Assembly: GCF_009834535.1 (NCBI RefSeq)
Contig: NC_045707.1
Span: 46,006,001 to 46,070,000 of the forward strand
Length of the DNA stretch: 64,000 nucleotides
Direction of reading: 5' to 3'
Origin: Camelus ferus
Lineage: Eukaryota
Shown piece after piece: positions 23,245-35,489 of this stretch. A program made the translations under genes and the position numbers. Below the pieces are notes generated by a model. It did not search any database. It was not told the DNA's origin and was given only the letters and a program-made list of their open reading frames with translations. Each line of letters starts with the position of its first letter. Positions within the stretch are counted from its first letter, which is position 1.

Positions 23245-26200
23245 TACAGACAGATAGAGCAACTAGATGGCAAAACCAAAAACCCGTGAACACATTTACA
23301 ATAAAACTGGGTGACAAGATATTCCCCGAGTCCCCAAATACATGCATGATATCAACATCTGTGCAGAGAAAGCAGAGGGAATCAGTGGGGCGTATGATGG
23401 GATGGAGAGCGGGAGAATCCCAGAACAGTCAACAGGCACGCACTGAACGCAGGGCAGGCTCATTTGAGAACAGCAGCTGTAACTGGGAAGAGCCCGCCAA
23501 CGCCAAGAGCAGGAGAGTTTCCAGTAAAAATGGAAGGAGCAGAAGCAGCCTGTTACAGACTCTCACAACTGACCAGCCAGGGACCCTTTTCAGGATAGGA
23601 TACTGGCTTGAGAAGAAACCGTGGAAGGAGACAATAGAGAAGGGAAAAAAGCCAGAGGTAAGTGGGGGAAGGAAAGAGATCCAAGAAATCTCAGAGCAAG
23701 CTGCCATGTTTTTTAGATCCTCATTAGACCATCAGAAAAGGGAGTTCCATGAAGTTACTAGAGCTACTTCGGGCCACACTTCTTCCTAAAATTTCAGGAA
23801 AGCTAATTTTCCATAAAAAAATAAGTAATAAAAAGTATGAAGTTCAAATCCCACACAAAGTTGTTTTAAGAAAAAAAGGTGTGCACCACAGAACATCTAT
23901 CTAGACAGTGGAATCACACCAGAAATACATGTGCACAGAACAGATCAAAACTATAACCTTCTATTTAAAAGCCAGCTAGAAGATATTAAGAAAGTCATAG
24001 AAGATATGAGCACAAGTCAAATTAGAAAAAAAATTTTAATGAGATGATCGAACTTAGGAAAGAATTAGGAAGAAATAAAGAAAGAAACTTTAGAAATGAA
24101 GACTAAACTAAAAACAAATAAATCAACAGATGGGCCCTTAAGGAAAACAGAATGTGGAAAGAATGATATTTCTTTAACAAATTAAGAAAGAAACAAAAAT
24201 TTCAGGAGAAAGTAACAAATACTGAAGATAGAAAAATAAGATCCACCATGTAGACAATAGGAATCCCTGAAGACAAAAACTAAAGGAAAGGAACAGAACA
24301 CATGATAAAATTATAATTCAAGAAAATTTCCCCAAAATTAAAAAAAAATTCAAAAGTACACATGAAAAGAACATGCTGCACATGAGAATATGATACCAAA
24401 ACTACCAATACTTAGATACATTCTGGAAAATTCACTGTCTTTTAAAGAAGAAAAAATCATTTGAGCATCTAAGCAAAACAGGAAAAGAAAATTATCTTAT
24501 TAGTGTCAGACTTTATGAAAGCAACAGTTTACCCCAGAAGAAAACAGAATCACATATTTAACTAATTTAAGACACTCAAGGTAGGAAAATGTGAACCATG
24601 TACAGTAAAACTGACTGTCAGGTATGTAAGTGTTTTACCTGACAGCTGTCATTAGTAGGCAAACTATTATCAACATTCAAGAACTCAGGGAATATTGTTC
24701 CATGAACCTTTTCAGAGGATTCTATTGGAGAACAAACTTCAGATAAGAGACTGGTGGTGAGAGTTGAAAGTACGGCTGTTTTTAAATTAAGATAAAATGG
24801 GTGTTAAAAGGAGGAGAGCACAGCATGTAATGGCTGTATGATCAGAAAATGTAGATAAGGCACAACTATTGAAAAATGAGGGGGCAGAACAGGGAAAGTA
24901 AATGTGAAAATGTCCTTCAGTGTTTTCAGTAATAGTGTTTAGTAGTATCAGCATTGCTACTCTGAGACAGTCTGGGGATAAAGTAAATAGGTAAATATAG
25001 GATATTCTAATTCTATCATCCCCTGTGTTCTTAGGAACCAGGATTTTCATTTGGAAGAAAGAAAACTGTGGATATAACAAAAGAGGTTAAGTAAAAACTA
25101 CACAAATTTAAACTGGAAATAATTTGTCTGTCTGTCTGTCTTGTCTGTCTAGTTTTTAGTCCATATGACTTACATATATATAGCCTGTAGTCTATAGACT
25201 ATGTACAGAATGTAGGCCTCTTCAGAAGACAGAGCTAAGGCTGTAAGACTATATATGAATCATACACATCCAGAGGTCTAAATTTGTGACCAAGGCAAAA
25301 ACATAGAGCATGCTTAGTACTAATATTGTGGTCTTGAAATACAATTTACCACTAAATTAAATTAGGGCTTCTTGGAGAAACGTTTAATTCTCAGAGAAAT
25401 AGCTGATTCCTATCTGGGACAGACAATATACCAGATGAACCTGGAACATTTTGTCATACTTGATAGTGAGGAAGGTAGCAAACACTTGTAGGGACATGGC
25501 AAAAAAAACCCCTCAGAAGCTGATTTGAAGAGGCTCTTATTAGCTGAAGATGAGACAATTTGAGCTTTCAGACAGGATAATCATTGCAGTTGATTAAAAT
25601 GCACCAAATAGGTTTAACCCATAAATTCATAGAAATATTAAAAATAATTTATTACTTTCAGAAAATGATAGGGTATCAATTCATTATCTTGAAAACTGGT
25701 AAAGAAAGAAAGAGAATCAAGTATTTATCTTGTCTTTTCTGTATAAACTATAACACTGGGTAACCAATGGGGGAAATTATCTCTATATAAAAGCATTTTA
25801 ATTAATGAGTGAGAAAGAAATGCAGAATTAGAAATCTTTTTTATAGCTGTTATTTTTATTGAGGCATGTAGAAATGTTTATTTTGCAATCTTTAAAAAGT
25901 CAATGAATTGAGGTGTTGTTCAATAGCTGCTAACATCACCCAAAGAGAGACAGCCAGACACGAGATGCCTCTTGATACAAGCGCAACAGCACCTGTAGTC
26001 TTGCCATACATTCTGAATCCAGCTGCCATTCCGTAGGAAACGCAGAGGACAGAGAACAAATTGAAGTGCGACGTAACTGTGCAAGCAGCAAAATCCAGAC
26101 TGTGGGAAACTCAAGACAAATACCCAGGGTTCTTCAACCAAGACAGGAAAAGAAAAGAATGGAGGGGGAATCTGCAGATTAAAAGAGACAATGTATCAAA

Positions 26201-26468
26201 TTATTTTTAAATACATGTGTACTTGAGTGATAAAATCATACAGAAATGTAAAGAAATTCAAACTTTAAAAGTCAGGATGATACTGATTTTTGTGGGGAGG
26301 AAAGGAAACAGGGCACCAGAGGAGTTTCTGGGTGACTGACAAAGTTCTATTTGTTGACTTGAATAGTGGTTCCAAGGGTGTTCACCTTAGTAACTTAAAA
26401 AGCCACATATTTGTCTTTTGTTTGTGTTTGTATCTGTGTTTCATTTTTAAATAAAAAGGTTTTTAAAA
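23245..26468 (+). mobile_element. HAL1/L1MC4-like element: decayed ORF1 followed directly by an L1MC-type 3'UTR
   Basis: 24210-24340 translates KVTNTEDRKIRSTM*TIGIPEDK and IIQENFPKI (L1 ORF1 RRM motifs). 3' part has 'gagagacagccagacac', 'gcaaaatccagactgtgggaaactc' and ends AATAAA...AAAA. Confidence 0.7.
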
Positions 26469-26847
26469 ATGATGCTGAAATTATAAGCTCTTCCCTTAAT
26501 TCTCTACCCCAACTTCAGAGATAAATACTGTTATCATTTTGGTGTTTGTCTTTCCAGACTTTCTAATGCATATATAAGCATGAATGTTATGTAGGTTTTA
26601 CCTAAATGACAATATACTGCAAAGGCAATTTTGAAACCAGACTTTTCACTCAGCAAGATGTATGATGGAAATCTTTCCATGTCAAATCATATAGAGCAGC
26701 CATAATCATTTATGATAAAGAGGTAATTATTTTTAAATAAAAATATCCATTCCTTGCCAAAAATTTCAGGCAATATAGAAAGTTCAAAAAAGAAAAGCAG
26801 CACATTCCTCAAAATCTCACCACCCAGAAAAGAAAGTAATCCTGCCG

Positions 26848-26990
26848 TTGTAACTATGTGAGGTGATGGATGGTAACTAAACTTATTGTGAAAATCATGT
26901 GTAATGTATGTATGTGTCAAATCAATATGTTGCACATCTTAAACTAATACAGTGTTATATGTCAATTATATCTCTATGAAACTGGAAACC
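26848..26990 (+). mobile_element. L1MA/MB-like 3' end
   Basis: 'gtaactatgtgaggtgatgga...ttatatgtcaattatatctc'. Confidence 0.75.
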
Positions 26991-27289
26991 ATCTCTCCAT
27001 CTAGAAAAATGTAACATAATTCAAGAAGTCTCTTTTATTTTATATAAAGTTAGAAGGTGAGAGAGGGAATTTTGTGATTATTTGCCAGAGTTATTTTAAT
27101 TGAAGAACCGAATTTGTTTTACGTTTACAGAAGAAAAAACTAAAATTAAACTGAAGTAATAATTCAGATAATTTTTTCCCCACCATGGGAGAAGTGTTTT
27201 TATAAGACATTCCTGAAGTTAAAAAAGTTAGGAAATCATTAAGAAGTTGAAGTTTAGGAAATAATTAAAGTTGAAGTTACAATATTTCT

Positions 27290-28370
27290 CTTGATTTATG
27301 TTTCCCTTCTAGGTGATTGTAGTTGGTTCTCTACAGGTCAAAGATGAGGTAATTAGTATTTTACTTCCTCCTTCTTGCCTTCTCCCACTTCCTGATTTGT
27401 AAAATCTTTCTATTATTTTTAATTTGTCAGGACTCATAGCACCTACATTTTGTTCCACAGCTAGAATTCCATCAGTTCTTTGTCTTAGTTCTTATGTAAA
27501 CACCTTCCCTGCCTTTCTTCAGTACTTTTACCTCTTGCCTTGGTGTCTTCTGTTCCTGAATTCTTTTTTTTTTTAATTCATTTCCTAGTCCTGATTGGTT
27601 GGATTTTTTTTTCAAGAAGTACTTATGGGTGTTTTGTTTGTTTGCTTGTTGGTTGGTTTTCCAGCATACAGTGGAAAATTTCCTCTGCAGATTCAGTTCT
27701 TCCTTCATTTTAGGAAAAATGTTTCTATATTGTGTTTCTGAATGCGTATTTTTTTGCGTTGATTGGATTCTCTACACCAATTAGGGACACCAGTTATCCT
27801 TATGTTTGATTATCTTGGTTCTCTTAATAATCTTCTCCCTAATTGCTTTACTCCCTCTGCGTTTTCCCTTTGTATTTGCCATAATTATCTCAAGCTTTTT
27901 CTCCATGCCATTAATTCAATTTTCAATCATGTCTTTCCTGTTATTTGGCACTTCTAATTTATGTATTAGATATATAACAGTATTGTTTCAGTTCTTGATT
28001 CATTTCCTTAGCTCTGAACTGTCTTTACTCTCCCTCTGTCATTTTATCGTCTTGATTTTGGGGTCTTATTTTCTCAGATTCATTTTCTTATTAAGGTCTT
28101 TCTAGTGCACAGGTCTCCCTGGGGATCTCCTTTATCTTGGCATTATGTTTTCTTCCCGACTGGTTTCTTCATAGTTCACTTCCTCCCCAGTGCTCCCTTT
28201 TTTTACTCTACCCCAATTTACATGGTTGCCATGTAATTTCTTTTCATCTCACTCTTGTTTAATAAGGGCATCTCCAGTCAGATCTTTTTGGTAACTGTTA
28301 TATAGTTGATGTAGTCTCTTTGCCATTTCTATCTTATTTAGGATGAATGTGTTGCCCTCTCTCTGAGCTA
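27290..28370 (-). mobile_element. HAL1/L1 ORF1-region remnant
   Basis: T-rich; 'ttttaggaaaaatgtttctatattg' and 'gggacaccagttatccttatgtttgattatct' are antisense ORF1 motifs (SNIRITGVP). Confidence 0.55.
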
Positions 28371-28509
28371 GTTTTTGTTCATTATATTAGGTATTGGAAA
28401 ATCTTAGAATGCTTTTTCTAAGATCCAGATTTTATCTTGTTACAGCTTGTTTGGAACTCTTTGATGGTTTCTCAAGCTTTTAGGGAAAATGTCTAAACTT
28501 CTTAACTTA

Positions 28510-28690
28510 TATTATGGTGTAATGGGTTTTGGAGCCAGACTACTTGAGTTCAGAAATTAGCTCTGCCTTACTTGCTATCTGTGTGACTTTGGGGGACCTT
28601 TCTGTGCCTGTTTCCTTGTGAGAATTAAATAGGTTAATTCATGTAAAGCTTTCATTGAGCACATGCTCAATAAATACTATTTATTGCTTT
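28510..28690 (+). mobile_element. MIR
   Basis: 'ttggagccagactacttgagttc...ctgtgtgactttggg...ctcaataaat'. Confidence 0.7.
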
Positions 28691-29358
28691 TTATTAAAAG
28701 GAGCCATCACTGACAGCAATAATGGTCCCATACCACCCAGAGCCCCTGCCTGACAGCCCAGGAGCTGTCCGTGGTGCTAAAACAATGCTCTTCATCATAG
28801 GACAATATCCCCCCTATTTGTCATATATTTCGCCCCAAACAGGGGGTAAATCCATGATTACATCTTTCCAGCTTTAGCAGTAGATGTAGAAACTGGTTTT
28901 CCCTTTCCATTTCCGCAACTGCCGTCTTAACCCTGGCCTTATTTACCTCATCAGATCCATTCTATGTGACTGAGATGTCTCCTGTCTTCCCTACCTCTGA
29001 ACCATTTGGCCAACCATACTCACATTATCTTCCTCCAAATCTTTGTCTTTATCAAGTCATGTCCCTACTTAATAAAGTACACAAGGAATTTCGAAAGATT
29101 AGAAACAACTCAAATGGCAACATAAAGGGATGGTTAAATGATAATATATCAATGAGATGTGCATATTAAGGAGCAATAAAGGTAATTATTAAGGCCATGT
29201 AAAAATATACATGAAAAACCTTTTGTTGATGAAAAATAGAAGGCTGCAATATTTTTTTTTAAGAATCATTCATTCATTTTTTAAACATGTATTGAGCACC
29301 TATTTTATAAGCCTACTTTGTGATAGGCTTTAGAGACATAAGAGTTATTAAGACAGTC

Positions 29359-29402
29359 CCTTCTTTAAGGAGCCTTCTTTAAAGGAGTCTTCTTTAAAGA
29401 AG
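29359..29402. repeat. Three-copy 14/15-bp tandem repeat inside an L2 tail
   Basis: CCTTCTTTAAGGAG / CCTTCTTTAAAGGAG / TCTTCTTTAAAGAAG. Confidence 0.85.
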
Positions 29403-30179
29403 AGATAGCCATGTAAACAGATTGTAAGCAGATATGCATTTTGACAGAGACTAGGAAGGGATATGGAAATATGTAAATAGTATCAGGGTGAGAGTGCAGG
29501 TGAATTTTGTTTTTTTAAAATATCTGTTAGGGAATAAATCCTGCACAGAACCTCAGAGAGGAGAGCAGAATCAAATTCATCTGTCAACAGCTACCCACCC
29601 CTGCATCTTCTGGCCACCAAAAAAAAAAAAAAAAAAAAAAAAGATTACTGGAGTGTCCATCCCAAGATTGTGGCTCAGAGAAGAGGCCTTGACAAGAGCA
29701 AGAAGAAAAACAATGGCATAGCAACCACGCAGACCCTCTACAGCAAAATAAATCAATATTTTTGAATGACTGTGATAATGCGATTAAAAATGGAGGAAAT
29801 GTGTATAATGGTACTCTGACAAGCATCCCTAGCCTCTTATTAACTGGTGTCAGGCATAACTCCCCAGTCATGTGCCCCAGGAGTCCCTAGAAGATCTGAT
29901 CTTTTCACTGTTACCACCTCCATGTTGATTATTCTGCTGTTCCCTATCAAGAATATTCTTCACTCTTTTAATTCAAATCTTGTACTTTTTCTTAAGATAA
30001 GGACTCATTTTCTTCAAGAACCCTTTTTTAGTTAACTCCATTCTATTCTGGTATAAATACTTGAAAGTCAGTTTTACTAGATATAAAATTCTTAGCTCAC
30101 GTTTCCACTGCTTTGAAGAAGTTCCAGAGAGAGGAGTCTGTGATCCATTAGCATCCATCTGCCTGCCATTGGTTAATCT

Positions 30180-30400
30180 CATAGGCTCTGGAGTTAGACA
30201 GATTTGGGTTAGAGCTTCACTGTTTATTAGACATGCAACCTATGAAGAGTGCTTAATCTCATTAAACTTTTGTTTCCTAATCTATCCCATGGATATAATG
30301 ACAACTATTTGGTAGGGTTTGGTGAGAATGAGACAGATTGATACATGTAAAATGGCTTGTCATAGTGCCTGGGGCATATGAGGAACTCAAGATACGTAGT
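30180..30400 (+). mobile_element. MIR
   Basis: 'aggctctggagttagacagatttgggtt...tgtaaaatggcttgtcatagtgcctgg'. Confidence 0.7.
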
Positions 30401-31694
30401 TGTGACCATTTCTTTTCCTTGAAATTATTCTTGATCTGTTTCAGGGAAATATGGATTGATTCAACCAATAACATATGTCCTTCATAGTTGGTATTTAATA
30501 GATGCCTTCTGAAGAATTCTAACTTAAGAACATGGCAAAGAAAAACAATATCCCATTACTAATGCATTTCGAAATGGAGAATGACAAACTGGTAAGAAGT
30601 TATGCTAACTGGTAACATTTCTTATCTACAAAAAGTAGGAAATTATTCATTTCTTTTTTACTATTCATGTGAAATTGTAAGCTGGTTCATTGCTGCCTAA
30701 TTTTATGTCAAATGCCTATCTACGTTGATAACTAATGAAAGAAGCTAAGTTGACCTCCAGCCTGAAGATCAAGAGGGCTAAATATCACTGTGACTGGTGG
30801 AGATGTTGTTACACAATTAAGAAAAAAGAGAAAAGGAAAAGGAAATACACTATGTTCTCAAATACTCGGTGGTTTTCAAGAAATAAATGTAATATATCTG
30901 AATTTAGAAGGCTGATGGAGGTGTGATAATATGAACTAGAGCTGTAACTCTTACCACTAACACACCATAAAGATGCTTTAAACATATCAAAGAAATAAAG
31001 ACCCTCCTCTTCACCCTCCCCTGTAAAAGAAGAAAATCTGATTCAATCTAGCTCCACGTTTTAAATTGGTTCTTTAAGTTAATGATAGTATTGGAAACGT
31101 GGGGATTTCTGTAGATGAGCAGTAAAGACTATGTTCTGTTAGCATCTGATGTGTTGTCATTTATTTGATACAGCTGAAAAATTGTGTTGGCTTCTGCAGG
31201 GAGTTTAAAAATTATTCAGGCTAACTAATGCTTGAAGATCACCCTGACAATTACTTAACTGCAACTTCCTCCCTCACATCAGGGGTCTTATTCAAGTTTA
31301 GTAAGCAAATAACATGAGTTGGATTAGATAGTGTGTTCACAAAGGAAAGAACATTCATTAGCAGGAGGAGAGAGAGGTAGTGTTGTAGAGAGCAGTATAA
31401 GCAGTGTAAAACCCGTGGGGCTGTGGTGAGATATACAAACCAATGAACTGACTAACTCTGTACCTCCAAGTTACAATTTCCCACAAAATACTCACATGGT
31501 AATACTCTAAAACTAGAACCTTACTTCTGGGCAGGTCCTTAACACATCTATTTAGTCTACATTTTCATCTTACTGATGAGGAAGCCAAGGGCCAGAGATA
31601 GGAAGCAACTAATTTGATCTATGACAAGAGCTCCTGTTTTCACTTTGAGTAACATTTTTCACTGCTATACCTTTTATATGAAACAGAGCACAGG

Positions 31695-31910
31695 AAGGCA
31701 GTAAAGGATGGGGATTAAGTGGGTGGGCCCTGGAGTTTGAGTCCAAATCCTGACTATGCCACTAACAAGCTGTGTGACCTTTGGCAAACAACTTACCCTG
31801 TCTGAGCCTTAGTAGCTCATTCTGAAAAACCATGAAATCATAGCACTCACTTCACAGGGTTGTGCGGATTGAAAGTGGTAACATAGGTAAGGTCCGTGGT
31901 ACGTAAGGAA
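31695..31910 (+). mobile_element. MIR
   Basis: 'gtccaaatcctgactatgccactaacaagctgtgtgacctttggcaaacaactta...cacagggttgtgcggattgaa'. Confidence 0.8.
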
Positions 31911-33297
31911 GTAAACTTACTACAATTGTTATGTCCCCAAAGGCAAAACATCGATGACCAATCTGAAGAGATTCAAGTCAAGGGAGCAAAAAAACCCACT
32001 GTATGCAGATCATAAATTAAAGTAAAAAGGGGGTGGGGGGTTAGCAGATTTCATTAATTCCTTCCTTTACTTTTTCTCCTAATACATCAGTCACCCCTCT
32101 TATCTGTGCTGGTAGGTACCGAAGAGAAATCCAGGCAAAGTATTCATTTGATCATAAAAGTACTTTTTTAGCATTTGGTCTCTATAGTACTTCTGACACT
32201 CTATCAATGTTAGAAGATTATAACAGTATTTCTTTGACAGTGGTAAGCAGTGATCTGCCAGAGTAATTGGCAGCCAGGCAATGTAAAAGCTGAAACATTC
32301 TCACAAGTGTTTACCCAGCAAAAGCCTTTGCGTTCCCACTGCTGTCTGCCTGCTTACCTGTCAGACTGGTTTGAAAACACAATGGTCCTTTTATGTTTTT
32401 CAAAGGATCTTTTGGTAAACAAGGGGTATTTCTTTCTACACTGAATTTGGACTACCTTGAATTCTGTGCTATTTAATATACTTTGTTCAGCAGTAGAAGC
32501 CGAATAGAGAAAGGCCAGGTTTAGTCCCGAGGACCCTCACACATTGTTCCATCCTACTTTTGTTCTTGAGGAGCCTGCGTTCCTTGGCTCAGGATGTAGT
32601 GTTTTCATGATCAGAAGAACTGTATCCTGACTCCCTCATCCTTTTCCCAGCAGCATTAGCATTTGAGGATTGCTTTCCCTGCTGTTTGGAGAAGTGGGGG
32701 TGGGGGTTGGGAGGCCTTTGTGAAGAGGAAGCTTCACAGGCTGGGTTTTGTGAGGAAGACCTGTGGGTTCCTCAGTAATGGGGATACAGACCCCTCCCCC
32801 TGCTGAGCTCCTTACTCTGGATATAACTAGACCATTTCGGTTCTATGAGGTTCTTTCCTTCAGCCCCTGATTGATCTGCTGTTTCTCACCCTTACTTCTC
32901 AACCCCACCTCTCCCCCTAAAAGATTTACAAATGTTCAGGACTTCCAAAAGACAAGTGCAGAAACTAGAGTAGGATGGGACACTAGCGGGCCATCCTCCC
33001 ATCCAATGGGGAGAATAGAAGTGCTTTCAAAGAGGGGAGAGTTCCCACCTCAGTTCTCACCAATCCCCTCTTGCTACTCAAACTGGATTCCCTGCAGGGT
33101 CGGGCCCCCACGTTCAACTCCAACCTTCTCGGGCCCAGTGACGGGGTGGCTCCTCTCCGGGTGGGGCAGGACCTTGAGGAGGAGGAGAGGGGCTAAGCGG
33201 CCCGGGAAGGTGGGGATGCCGCCACGGGGGACGAGGGCCCCAATCCCCGCACGCTGGGGGCCGACCCCGGCACCTGGAGGTCCGCGCGCCCCAGCCC

Positions 33298-33313
33298 GGC
33301 CCCGCCCCGCCCC
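33298..33313 (-). promoter_or_regulatory. Overlapping Sp/KLF GC boxes
   Basis: GGCCCCGCCCCGCCCC, about 165 bp upstream of the ATG. Confidence 0.7.
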
Positions 33314-33478
33314 AGCGGAGGCCGCTGCCCGCCAGCCCGCTCGCCAGCCGCGCGGCGCACGCATGTGCGGGGGCAGGGGGGGGAGGACAGCGCGGCACTC
33401 CCTGGCGGACCGCGCGTCGCACCCGTCCTGCAGCCTCGCGCCGGCGCCGCCGAACCTAGCCCGGACGGTCCCGGCACC

Positions 33479-33487
33479 ATGAGGAGG
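33479..33487 (+). CDS. Coding part of a putative first exon (Met-Arg-Arg) of an unidentified gene; may instead be a uORF
   Basis: Kozak-like GGCACC-ATG-A followed by AGG|GTGAGT (near-consensus donor, 33488-33493), inside the CpG island and downstream of GC boxes. Confidence 0.65.
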
Positions 33488-35489
33488 GTGAGTGCGCTGT
33501 CGCCCCGGTGGCGCGAAGGGGCCGGCGAGCGTGAGAGCGCGTCCCTCCCGCCGAGCTCGGGGCCGCCGGCGACGACGGGAGGGCCTCGTGAGGAAGCCCG
33601 GCGGGAAGGGCTGGGGACACGGCGGGTCTCGCAGGGCCGCGGCCTTAGCCTGGGCGGGGGCAGAGGGCGCCCCTGGGACGATGGGTCGAAGGACACGGAG
33701 GGGCGGGGGTCTCTCCTTGCCTGAGGGCACCGGGTTTATCGGGCACCTGCGGCGGCGCAGACACGTCGAGGCTCTCTGCCCGCGCCTCCCCAGGGCAGAG
33801 GTGGGCTATTCCCTGCACCCCGCTCCTCCGGTTTTGAGGGAGCCTCTTCCGCGGCTCCCCTCACGCCCGCTCGGCTCGCCGCCGCGTTCTGAGCTCGGCG
33901 CCTCGCTCCTTCCTCGGAGCTTCGCAAACTTTGCCGGCGGGCACCGGTCGGGTTCCCCCCCACCCTCCGCGCACACCCCCGGGAGGGGCGGGCCCCAGCC
34001 GGATTCGGGTGGGTGACAATGCGGGGCGCCTTGTGTGTCTGTTCCCGGGAGGTGGTCCTCACCCCTCGCCTCCAGAAATGCTCTGGCTTTCGGCTTTTGG
34101 AAGGCACGGGGGAGTGGAAACTGGAGTCATTCCCTCGGTGCGATCGAGCCAGGCGCTGCCAAGGACCTGAACCCGCGCGGAGTCTAGAAGGCCGGCTCCC
34201 AACACGTGCGCTAGGGCTGGGGCGCCCTCCGCTGCCGCTGCTTCCCAAACGGCAGGTGTGAGTACCCTGCGCACACTCTTCCTCCTCCAGCCAGAGCTCT
34301 TGGTAGAAAAACTCCAATCTTTCGGCTGAACTGCAGGTTTTATTCCACGTCAAGGAACAGCTGGAGATTGGTGATGCTTGTCAGCTCCAGAGAGCCAGCG
34401 CACAGGTTCTCTGCAGTATGACCTTACCTGTCTGGGCGAGCTGATTGACACCAAAGTGCTGGTGATTTTCTGAGGTACTGGTCCCAGTATACCACTTGGA
34501 TTTTAACATTTGGGACGGAGGTTACTTTAATCAAATACAGGATCTCGGCACTTTTAGGGTAAAAGGAGGAGTGGAGGAAACTTAAAGGAGATCCAAGCAG
34601 ATACCCATGACATTTCCCCAGAGCTCCTAAGGCCGGCCCTTGTGACAGTTAAGGTGCTGAAGAAAGGGTGTTGGGTGTTTTCTAAAGAGACAAGGCTGAG
34701 AGAGGAAATGAGAAAAACAGAGTAAGACTCTTTCTCACCAGAGCCTGTGAATTTCTCTGGGTTGGAATTTGGGGTTGCCTTGTTACTAAGGTATGTGTGT
34801 GCCCACTACTTTGGTCATCGGAGTGGCCCCTTTCAAAGATGTCTTCCCCTCAGCTGCTTTGTTGCTTGAAAGGGAACTCTGGCTTGTCATTTTGCGGGTG
34901 GTGCCAGAATTAAGTATTCTGTTCTGTGGGGAGCGGTGGGGGGTGGGAGGAGGGCTGGGGTGAGTGGTATTTGGAGTGACTGTATATAGAGCAAGTATGA
35001 ATTGGCCCCAGCTGCCTCTGGAAAGTCTATTAATGAGCTGACATGGAAATTTACCTGGCTTACCTTTGGAGTTAGTCCAAACCTGCTCAGGTGTTTCTGG
35101 GGAGAACAGGATTCCAGCCAGGCTGGCGAACTAGTTTGGCATTTCTGGCATTGATGGAACAGCAGAAATGGAAACTGGTGGGGTTACTTGTTTAAACGGC
35201 AAATTCAGGACAGCAACCTCCTTTTACCTTGAGTGCCATCGGGGTTCTTAAAGAAAGCAGCTGGGATGGGAACTATAGGCCTAAGAAAGATGTGTTAGAG
35301 AGAGAATGAAGAATTGGAGGTGGAAGGCACAGTATTCTAAAATGAGATTTGCATACCATCTGCTTTAGAGTGAAAGAGATGGACACTCACTAGACATGCA
35401 GATTTCTGGGCTCTACCTTCAGTCTTATCATATCAGAACCTCTAGGATGGGAGCTCAGAAATTTGGATCTTAAATATCCACCATCACCA

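Larger units (their letters stand above)
33100..34270. promoter_or_regulatory. CpG island / promoter
   Basis: Abrupt, ~1.2-kb GC- and CpG-rich segment in otherwise CpG-depleted DNA; contains GC boxes and a first exon. Confidence 0.95.

Noticed and set aside
23187..23789. 200-aa ORF
   Set aside because: Lies in the purine-rich 5' part of the HAL1/L1-like element; no recognisable protein motif.
30502..30597. Exon-like segment ending CTG|GTAAGA (MAKKNNIPLLMHFEMENDKL)
   Set aside because: Weak acceptor, upstream of the promoter, peptide not recognised.
32871..34353. Many overlapping 100-218 aa ORFs on both strands
   Set aside because: Pro/Arg/Gly/Ala-rich products expected from a stop-poor CpG island; no recognisable domain.
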